This document shows positions 11,465 to 21,285 of a stretch of 64,000 nucleotides of DNA, in pieces. Each line of letters begins with the position of its first letter. Position 1 is the stretch's first letter. Source of the stretch: Epithemia pelagica (lineage: Eukaryota > Protista > Bacillariophyta); assembly GCA_946965045.2 (NCBI GenBank), contig OX337241.1, forward strand, positions 2,604,001-2,668,000. Reading direction: 5' to 3'. Made by a program: the position numbers and the translations under genes. The notes beneath the pieces were generated by a model. The model had not been told where the DNA came from. It saw nothing but the letters and a program-made list of their open reading frames with translations, and searched no databases.

Positions 11465-14400
11465 CTCCCCACAACTCGTCGTTTCAGCCTTGTCATCATT
11501 GGATTTGTTGAGGTCTTGAACTTCTCCTTTCCAAAACAACCATGGCTTGAGCATGGGCCAAATAGATACGAAATCCCAATGTTTGCTAAGGATATCGGCA
11601 GGGTTGGTCTTTCCATCTTTCCAGTAGAATGCGACATACTTTGCTGCGATGGCTTCACAAACTCGGTGGTATGACAGAAGATGGTGTCTCTTGGATAGTA
11701 TGGAATGAGGAACGGTTGCATTGAGCACAACAGATCTGTTATCTCCGTACATGTAACTTCGCTCTCGGATAGGTACTCCAAGGTAGCGGAGAGAATGTTG
11801 TAATTCTGTAATCTGATCTATTGCTGTCCTTGCAGCCACAAACTCGGATCCATAGGTAGCAGTTTCCACCGTGCTCTGTCTCTTGCTGTACCAGTCAATA
11901 GGTGTTCCGTTCAACAAATGTAGAACAGCAGTGACGGATTTACCAGTGACTATGTCATGCATGAGATTGGCATCAACATAATGAGTTGTGGTAACATAGC
12001 GGCCAAGAGGTGTTGGGCAGTCTTCAGGAATACGTTCACTTGCATTTGAATAGACAGTGCGAGTCCAATCGAATTCTTGGGTAGGAAGACTTGAATAATC
12101 AGGCTCTCCAATCCTAAATCTGATTGCGCCTTCTGGGAGATGTGCAAGGTATCCATAGATACGCTTGGCTCTATCAAGATGTCCTTTCCTCGGAGCTGCA
12201 CGAAAGCGTGATAGCGTCATTGTAGCGGTGAAGACGTCGAAACGACCAATAGTGATCACCCATTGGAGTTGTCCAATCAGAGTTTGGAAATGGCTAGTAC
12301 CTTCTTCATCAAGGAGCTCAGAATCATCCAATTCAGGATGGTCTCTACCAATAAGAGGTGTTTTGGCTTTCTTGGGTTTCTTTTTGAAGATTCGTTCGAA
12401 AGTGTCCATCATCTTACCAATGTAGCGTCTTGGATCTGCTACTAATGTTCCATCAGAATCCTTGGTGTAACAACATCCCAAGTGGAAATCAAAAGGTCCA
12501 TCTCCTTTGAGTTTGAAGTTGTATTTCTCCTTCAGGATCTTGCAGATATTCCCAGGATCAGTAGAAATAATGGCTACGGCAATGTATTCGTAACAGTCTT
12601 CTCCAGGTGCTTTCCTCATCCAGATATCCGGATCTGCTTTGCTTGGTGAAAATCCCATGTCTGTCAAAACATCAAATAAGACATCATGCCAGCGTGCGCC
12701 TGATGACTTCAATCCATAAAGTGCCTTGTCTATAATCAGGATGTGACCTTCTAATTCCTTGAATTCAGGTCCTGCGACAATGAAGATTTTCTCCCCTGTC
12801 AAGGCTTCCAGATATGCGTTTCCAATATCTGCTCCCCATATTTCCAAGTCATTCAAAGTACCCAGGAATAAGGCAATGCGGAGGTTGCGAATGGAAACAA
12901 CACCTGAATAGATTGTCTCAACAGGTTCTTTTGTGAGATGTCCATCTGCGACAAGTCTTGCTTTATGTCGTCCATCATGTTTTACGTCAAAGACAAGATG
13001 TACACGTATCTTATGATATCCTTCAGGTGCATTGGATACTTTCCCTTTAATGAAGATGGCTTTCCCAAAATCCTTGAATGTCTTGTAGGACTGGATCTGT
13101 GACAATTCTAATTCTGTTGCATCCTGCCACTTTGTGTTGCCATGTTGTTTATCAAGAGCGACAGCTTCCTCATAATTGCGTGGTACTTGGAATCCAAACT
13201 TATACTTGACGGAATGGTGAACTTGTTTAATCCTTGACTGTTTGGCTGCTCGAATGAGACGTTTGCTTGTTTTGACATAACGTTTCAAATGCTTCCATCC
13301 AGGTTTGTTGAGTAAACCATGTTTCTTTCCATAAATTGCTACAGTGATCGGATCATCATTGGCGATGAGTGATAAAGGTTCATAGGTAGTCTCCCCAGCT
13401 TCCCAATCAACAAGCAAATTATATTTGCTCCCCTTGTAATCTGGATCAGTTGTGTTCAGTGGGTCTTGATGGGCAATGACGTCCCTGAGCCTGAAAAGAT
13501 GATCTCCAGAGGTTTGAGCTTGGTTATCTCGTTTGATATACTCCATGAGTTGATTATAGGATATCATCTCATCAACATCAGAATTTGTCTTTCGGTAGAT
13601 GTACTTGACACGTTCTTCCTGTTTCGTTGCTTCTTCATTAAGATCAATGACTCGTTTGATGACACGTGCACGGTGTCGCTCCCCATTTTCTTCTGTGTCG
13701 CATAGGAATGTGCGTCCTATCATGTCGTCAAAATCGATCGTGGGCATTGGTTTGGATGGATCTTCACTATCACTGCGAATGAAGACAGTGTCAGCTTGCT
13801 TATCATTGTCATCCTTCTCAGACGAATCCTCCCCTGAAGGTCGATCCACACGTAGGTTAGGTGTAGTGGATTCAACACGGCGAACGGCAGAACGGTAGAT
13901 TATCTGGTTATCCTGGGTGAGAATCTTCCAAGTAAAAGAATCAACGTTGTGAGCAAAACCAACCCAGTGGCCAAGTTTCTCATCAGAAGAAGATGGATAT
14001 GAACCAGAATTGGGTTCAGCGGGGTCGACACTGTAGTAAACCTCATCCCAGAAAGGAAAGAACAAGAGATGAGTAATGTCGGGTGGACGTCCGGAGAGAG
14101 CCTCAAGAGGAGTGCAACCGGAATGGGTGGGTGATGATGTATGGTTCAATAAGTCACAGACATACTCAAGGCAAAGAAGCCAGGTGTTGGCAGGGCAACC
14201 AGTGGCATTCATGAGAGCGTTGGTCATACGTTTGACGGTCTGGTAACGGTTTTCAGCCTTATTCTGGTGTTGATGATAAGGTTCGGATCGATACTCCCCA
14301 ATAAGCAAAGTGCGAAGAATGTCTTTGACCTTTTGAGAGATGAGAGATGAACCACCATCACTGATAAGAGTCTCCATGGCACCACGAAACCGGATGTTGT

Positions 14401-17087
14401 CCTGAAGAGTATTGACAAACTGTTTGGTCGACTTGATCCCATAGATATCAGTAACCAGAGTATCTCGACCAACAAAGATTTGTGCGACTTTACCGCCATG
14501 GTCAACAGCAGGGGTGTCGGAGAAAACCGAGTCAGTAGCAACGGGTTCATGACGTCGAGGTATATTAAGGACCGGATTGCGAGCCTTGAAATGTTTCTTG
14601 AGGGTGTTGTGGTCAAAAGTAATGCTACCATTACGTGTAGTGTGCTTGAACGTATCGGCAATAACATCTTCAGATTGCCAACCGAAGAATGGACGGAACT
14701 TCTTCCAGTCATACGCTTCCTGGTAACGACGGTGGACAGAGGCATGAAGTGTAGGATCATTACCTTCTGCGTCAGCATAGATAGAAAAGAAGGGTGCGTC
14801 GTCAGATCCATGATCGTATGGGAGGTCCAAAAGGAGATTGAGGTTACAAACAACACGATCAGTGTACTCCCCATAGTTGTCATATGGATGGTTCGACATA
14901 CTACCATTAGTCTTGACGTGTTTCCAATCAGGATCATTGTCAGAGGGTGTGGGAGAATACGAATGGTCCAGAACACCAGGATCCCATGTGTCGGGTGACG
15001 TGAAGATGATCTGAGGTAAGGTATTCATGTCATCGTCGCTGGGGATACCCAAGGAGTGGATGTAGGCTAACCCATCCTTGATGTGAAGGGGTATAGCACG
15101 ACCATCAAGTGTAGTGATGCGTTGTTTACCATCAACTTTAACAGATCGTTCATCAACAGCAAGTCCGAAATGCTCGAATTGACCAGGAGCATGGATAGAT
15201 AAGCCCTTTCCATAATAAGCATATTCATTGAAGATGTTGACAATAGGTCCATCATTGGTCTCAAACTTTGCGGCACAGGTGACGACAGGAAGTCCAGTAA
15301 GTTCATGGTTATCAATACCCACAATAGTGATATGGCGGCCAGTCTTAGAAAGGATGCGCATGTCAGAACCGGCAAGGCCTCCATTAGCACCACGGTCAAT
15401 CAATTGATTTCCTGGTAAAGTAGATTTCCTCGAAAACAAATAGCGTGGAACATGTCCTGCTTGTTTATGCATGTTGGCTTTGAAAGTAACCTTCTTGCTC
15501 GTCTTGGACTTGGCGTTAGAAAGAACACTAGTCAGGTCAGTGGCCGAGTGATTGATATCAGTCGTCATGGCTTGGTTGATAAATTGTGTAACCGGATCTG
15601 AATCATCTGGATGCTCAGGGACTGCGCCAGGTGAGTCGTCATCAGATGCAACTTGGTGGGGTTCAGGATCAGGTTCCGGATCAATGTCGAGGGCATATGT
15701 TTGCACTTTCCTCGGTGTTGTTGATGAAGGTGCTTGAATCATCTTGTTATACTCAATGATCAACTTGCGATCTTCTTCTGAAAGTTTGAACCATAGGTCA
15801 CGCGGTAGACTAACCTTGGACGAAGAGGATGGAGATTCAGATGTCACTTTGGTGTTGTGGACATGATACTCCATATCATCTTGTGAGGTTATGTCAGCAT
15901 CTGTATCTTGGCCATATAGTGATTCATGCTGTTTGACATGTCGACGGTGACTATGAACAGATGACTGGGTTGCTTGATCATGGTCATAAGCTGCGTCTAG
16001 AAGGAGACGGAAGTATGATTGATAGCAAAGGGATTTTGCACCGGATTTGGTGTTCACCACATTATCCAAGATCTTGACTCGGCGCAGATCAGGTACCTTT
16101 TCTACAGCTTGCATGAGGAAGGTCATCCTGGTATGATCAGGGATGCGATCAGACAATGTCACTAGATTGTCTAGCAAACGTAGCTGCTCTTGAAAGTGTA
16201 GAAGAAATTGACGTGTTGTTCCGCGCCATGTGTCGTCAAGACGTAGATTGGAAATGTAGTTGGTTAAACGGAGGACTTCTCGTTTTGCTAGGTCGGATTC
16301 GGTATGCAAAGAGTGTAACTTCTGCAATACAGCACGCGCATCTTCATCATGTTCATGTTCACGTACATAGGCTCGACCCTGGTCAGTCTGAATGATACGG
16401 ACAAGAACGGAGTAAAGAAATATTTGTTGCTCTTGAAAAAGTTCTTTGGCATACTCATCATCATGGGGTGGTGTGTATTTGAAATTCAGAACGTTGGCCT
16501 TGAGCCTTAGCTGTAGTCTTGACTACACGCCAGAATGAATCGTAGTATTGTTCATCCTTGAATACCTCATACGCAGTTGCGTCGCGCTTAGTTCCCTTTC
16601 TGAATGCTGTAAGGTCTTGTTGAGATTGGGATGCGGCAGTAACTGTGCTGACAGATTTCACAGATGACGGTGACTTCATTGGCGAGACTGGAACTTGGCT
16701 AGGTGGTCCCTTAGAGAAATCTGTGTTGATCCTCCAAGTGTTGAACTCTTTCCTCGTTAGGTTCATCCAGTCGCTATTGGATAGCTCGTCTTGAATTTCA
16801 TTGGTCTTGTATATGGCCCAATAAGCCAAGAGCTTGATCTGCTGTCTTGTGGGGCCTTGTAGATCATGTGTCTGTTTGTTGACCTTGTATTGTGTCAGTT
16901 CGTTCATGGATTCCTCGGTATTAAAACCATGGTATTTCATCCACTTCGTTAAGTAGTCGGCCCTTTCCTTGGTAAAGAATTGGCAGACAGTAAATATGAT
17001 GTGGTCGAATAGGTCTGTGTTCGAGACATTGTCTTGGTTATCTTCTCCCTTAGGAGTCGTAGGTGTCTTGGGTGATTGAGGATCCAT
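11372..17087 (-). pseudogene. Copia gag-pol polyprotein with a gag frameshift and a deleted RT catalytic motif
   Basis: PR LIDRGANGG; INT ATDSVFSD / SDGG / QNKAE; RT ADIGNAYL and LYGLKSSG; RH YVDAN and YGSEF. Frameshift near 16497 (AKAQG/NVLNFKYTP). RT reads YEYIAV-AIIS, lacking YVDDL. Confidence 0.93.
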
Positions 17088-17407
17088 GGTGTTATTTGGT
17101 TGGTTCGATGTTTATTTAATGTGCGGTGTGATGTGGTTTATTTAATGTGTGATGTGATGTGAACCCGGATGTACCACGTGTGCCACGTACGTACCACGTA
17201 TGTGATACCCGGATGTGTGTTGTAATGTGCGACTCCTGGAAATTTCCGTTGATTCCGACAAATTTTCGCCGAGCTTCAACAAATTTTCGCCGAATTTTCG
17301 CGATTTGACGGGAATGTGTGGCGTGTTGTGCGACCAAGGGTACCCGGATGTGCGTTGAGTTTAAGTCTTGGAAAGGTTTTGAGAGGACGGGAGTTAACTA
17401 TGAGTAA

Positions 17408-18187
17408 TTAAGCTTCGGTTTCCGAATCTCCACTCTCTTCCGAATAATCAGAGTCGTTTCCAGGCTCAGATGGGGCAGCACAAGCAACAGAAGAAGGGGT
17501 ATCACCTTTAGCCAAGTGGTTCTCGGCCTCGGCACGCAAAGGGAAGATAGTTGCACGATGGTCCTCGATGGTATGGACCTCGTGGATGTAGGCAACGTAG
17601 TTATCTAGGCGAACAACGTTAGGAGGCAGTGGGCAAGTCGTCGTGTTCACGACGTAGATGGCATTGTAGTATCCAGTTGGGCGCTCGAAGGTTAGGAAGC
17701 GGAGGTGGACAGTACGGATGGGGTTGCCCGAGAGGGCGGCCAAGATGAGGCGACGCCTCGGAGAGCGATGAAGTTGGTCGTTCAGACGTTCAATGTCTTC
17801 TTGGTCGACATTGTGGGTCACCAATTGGAACTGGCGTTCGATCTGGGTCTCCCCACGGATGATCTCGGGATCAAAGGTCGAAGAAGTTGGTTGACGGAAG
17901 TACTTGATATGATCAGCAATCAACCGGGTGGTACGACGGGATCGAGAAGGGACGAGCCGACGAGGCGGACTCGGGGGCCGAAGCAACGGCGCAGGGATCG
18001 GAGCGTGAGGCTGGGTTGGAGTCTCGAATGGGTTGCTGTTGGAACTGTCGACGGAGATGTTGACCGATGTGTTGGCTGCCTTCGGCGTCGGCACAAGTTC
18101 CTGCTGCACCAGGGTATCGGGCTGCCCGGAATGCAGGTTGGCTCGATAAAACTGTCGTACAGGAGTGATAAGCTCGTTAGTATCCAT
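17408..18187 (-). CDS. Extra 259-aa ORF between the PBS and gag (unknown function)
   Basis: Uninterrupted ATG-started ORF beginning 18 nt after the PBS, with a Pro-rich N-half and an acidic tail. About 320 nt of spacer separates it from the gag ATG at 17087. Confidence 0.6.
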   Translation of the reverse strand: MDTNELITPVRQFYRANLHSGQPDTLVQQELVPTPKAANTSVNISVDSSNSNPFETPTQPHAPIPAPLLRPPSPPRRLVPSRSRRTTRLIADHIKYFRQPTSSTFDPEIIRGETQIERQFQLVTHNVDQEDIERLNDQLHRSPRRRLILAALSGNPIRTVHLRFLTFERPTGYYNAIYVVNTTTCPLPPNVVRLDNYVAYIHEVHTIEDHRATIFPLRAEAENHLAKGDTPSSVACAAPSEPGNDSDYSEESGDSETEA

Positions 18188-18204
18188 GAAACCACAAGGA
18201 AATA

Positions 18205-18223
18205 AGCGTTGAGACTGTTAATC
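18205..18223 (-). other. Primer-binding site complementary to the tRNA-Asn(GTT) D-stem/anticodon arm (about nt 22-40)
   Basis: Plus strand reads AGCG-T-TGAGA-CTGTTAA-TC immediately before the LTR's TG. Confidence 0.8.
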
Positions 18224-19006
18224 TGTTACAATTCTCATGGAATTGCAGTGGCGTTGATGCTCGGTAGAGCAGACAATCAGGTAGTCACCAACCGATACAA
18301 ACCTCTCCACGGGTAAGAGAGGAAAGCAAGTCGTAGTCTATCAAAAGGATAGTCGGGACACAAAAGAGGATGTGATAAATGGTGATATTGTTAGATTGTG
18401 TGTTGATTACTACGATAGGTCTACGTGAAATGTTCGGTCCTGCCAAGGGTCATGTGTCATAGGTTCTTGGCGGCAACAGGTTTGGAATAGTTGGAGTCGA
18501 TTCATGTGATGTATATGACATGTATATGTGGACGGATAACATATACAGGGTCAACAGCTCTTGCTTTGGATTGGCATAGTTGTTTTCATGGCGCGCAGCT
18601 TGTTGACAATTTGGAGATTGTGGGAATGGAAATATGGTCTCGCGTGATCGTGTGTCGTGCTTGGGATACTTAGACCGTTGGTCGGATAGATGCCGACAGC
18701 GCTCGGATGTCGCTTGGGCGTGCTTGATGATTTCGGGCGCGTACGCTTAGGGCGTTAGTATAATGTCCAAGCAACGGCCAAATTTACGTCCGTTGTAATA
18801 CCGCACGACCCAGTTTAGTCTTGAGAGTGAGTTCGTCAATCTATTCTCACTTTTCATGATTTGCGAAGAAATATAGGTCGATATAGCGCGAAGCTAGGGA
18901 ACATAGCTCGAAGCTAGATGGCATGATGCGATAGCACGAGGCTATGTGACATGGGGAATCGATGAGATGTAGAATCTAACCACCATAGACGGTGAGAATT
19001 CTAACA
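18224..19006 (-). repeat. 5' LTR of the nested copia (783 bp)
   Basis: Near-identical to 10682-11464. Confidence 0.96.
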
Positions 19007-19240
19007 GTGGGCACTCTTTCATATTCCATACCTCCCAACGGGTTGCCCGAATATGTGCGCAACAGCAGACCACACATTCCTCCTCACCACTCATCCCCCG
19101 CTGTAGGACCAGTATTACGACTGAGGAGTTCTTGGGCGAATGAACCTTCCATGAGGACTCATCCAGATATTCTCGCGACCTTCCCAGGCTGGATATTTCG
19201 ACCTTCCCAGGCCTCAACTCATGGTGAACGCTCAGAGACT

Positions 19241-19254
19241 TGGGTCTGATAAAC
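19241..19254 (-). other. Primer-binding site of the outer element (tRNA-Ile-like anticodon arm)
   Basis: Plus strand TGGGT-CTGATAA-AC. The same 14-mer is the PBS at 37248-37261. Confidence 0.75.
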
Positions 19255-19407
19255 CAAATTACGACACCGATACTGGATGAAAAATCGTCCAAATCAAAGA
19301 AGTGGCTACTTTATCTGCCAACGATATGAGCGACTGGCGAGGGGCTAGAGCTCGCCGATTGCTAGCTAGATCGCCCAAATTCCGGCCACTATCATAGCCA
19401 TATTTTG
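19255..19407 (-). repeat. 5' LTR of the outer element (153 bp)
   Basis: Matches 6829-6981. Confidence 0.92.
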
Positions 19408-20582
19408 AGCTCCACGGTCCACGGGACGGTTGTTCATATATCTATAGTAGCAACAGCTTAGTTCCACTTGAACCAAAACGCCACCATCCAAAGTCCGGAG
19501 ACATTCGTTCACCATGACGACGACAACAACAAAACGGTCTGCTATTTCTGAGCTCCACGGGACAGTTGTTCCAAGGAGTACGTAGTTCTATGGTAGCTTC
19601 TAATCGAAGTAATACGTCTCATTTCATGCATCAAAGAAAAGTAGATAAAGCCTTGGACATGAAAAATGATGTATGGGAAACTGTGGGTGCTGGTGCAAAA
19701 GACATATCTGAGTGGGATCCTCTTGCAGACATAGATCGGGTTCGCTATAGAGATGGTATTGCTATCATCGGGCCTGTCGTATTCTCATCTGTCACTTGCT
19801 GCGACGGTAGGAGAACGGTGACCCAAAAGCAACAAGTACAACAACCAAGTACCAATCAATTTTTCGTAGTTTTCCATTTTCTGAATTCTGAACTCCCCTA
19901 GTAGGTGATCAATATCGTTGAATATGATGTACTTTCCTTTTTAGCCACTTGTAAACCGACAAGGGTACCTTGTACCTCATTGTACCTCGTTGTACCTTAC
20001 AACTTACAACTCCTCCTTCTTTCTCTTTGCTTTCAGTAATTGAGCCGAATCTGGTCAATAAAAAATAATCTCATGTCTTGAAGTCTCAAATCGTAACTCT
20101 CCCATCTCCCATTTACGAACTATTGTTTCTCCAATCTTGATTATTGAGGGCTGGGTGCTGGGGACTGGGTAATTGGTACTCCTAATTGGTTTAACTTGGT
20201 AGTTGGTAGTTGGGGTTTGGGGTTTGGTATTTGGTAACAGCGAAACTGGAGACCCACGACTCAGTGTATTATCACTTGCATCCATCCAGGAGGACAATAG
20301 AAATAATAAAACGATAATATACATAATACTTACAGGTCTTTCTGAATACGAGTACGAGTATTAATAAAAATATAATGTCCTTCTTATTTCAGCTTCAGCG
20401 CGATATAGTTAGAATATTGTTCAAAAACCTTGGTTCGTACTTGGTACTTGGTACTCGTATGATAGATAATATTATGATTACAACATCATACTTTAAGTTC
20501 CAAAGTCCTATTATCATCTAAAAACTAAAAATACGCGACTTTGATAATATCGTCTCAAGGCTCAAGAGGTATGAGGTATAAG

Positions 20583-21161
20583 TAGAGGTGGCTCATCTCT
20601 GCTGGAGCTAGGTAGCTAGGTAAGCGCTGGAGACGTCTCTGCTGGAGCTAGGTATGCGTGTCCGCTGGAGAAAAGACTACCTGTGCTACCAGGAAGAAAA
20701 TACTTAGCTAGAAGCTAGTGAATCTATCTTATGGTGAGAATTCTCACGTAAAAAATTTAAATCTGTAACGGTGGAAGGGTCCAGTGATACTCGTTTTGCA
20801 CATATGATCAGTCCTGCAATACTGAACGCCCCTTCAGAAGAGGCAGCAGTCGCAGGCAATGCAAGAAATGTTGGGACCTTCTTTTTCTGGGTATCCTTCG
20901 GAGTGCCATCCATATCAAGCTCTTCCACCCTTGAGGAGTCATCATTATCATTGCAATCAGACACTGTGTAAGGCAGTGTAGAGCAAATGAATGACACAGG
21001 TTCAGTAATGACCAGTGCGGAGCAAATGAATGACATGCAATAGTCACAGAGAACGGTGACCAATAATGTAGCGCTTACCTGCTTACCTTTCCAGCAACAG
21101 AAGATCTCTGCTGGAGCTTCTCCAGCGCTGGAGCTGCGCGTCCGCTTACCGAGTGAGCCCC
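20583..21161 (-). mobile_element. Internally deleted hAT transposon (579 bp) retaining the dimerization-domain exon
   Basis: 8-bp TSD GGTATAAG at 20575-20582 and 21162-21169. Left TIR TAGAGGTGGCTCA; right TIR truncated (TGAGCCCC). GCTGGAG subterminal repeats. Peptide FLALPATAASSEGAFSIAGLIICAKRVSLDPSTVTDLNFLREN matches the hAT C-terminal dimerization motif. Confidence 0.85.
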
Positions 21162-21285
21162 GGTATAAGGTCAGAGAATAGAAACAGCAAAGAGTGTGAA
21201 GACTATTTTAGGAGTTTCGGTCTAAGACTGGGAAGTGTTCTACTTCTCGCTCGCTGACGCGCGGGCTGGCTGGTCGTCGGCCGGC

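Larger units (their letters stand above)
10682..19006 (-). mobile_element. Ty1/copia (CoDi-type) LTR retrotransposon nested in the outer element, 8,325 bp
   Basis: TG...CA LTRs 10682-11464 and 18224-19006. 5-bp TSD GTGGG at 10677-10681 and 19007-19011. PPT (GTTGTGGGGAG) at 11465-11475. Domain order PR-INT-RT-RH. Confidence 0.96.
6829..19407 (-). mobile_element. Non-autonomous LTR retroelement (about 4.25 kb without the nested copia), 153-bp LTRs, TSD AGCT
   Basis: Direct repeats 6829-6981 and 19255-19407 (one mismatch seen). AGCT at 6825-6828 and 19408-19411. PBS GTTTATCAGACCCA abuts the 5' LTR and PPT GAGGGGAC abuts the 3' LTR on the minus strand. Confidence 0.88.

Noticed and set aside
18205-18223. 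tRNA genes at the PBS motifs
   Set aside because: Only 14-19 nt match; there is no acceptor stem or T-arm.
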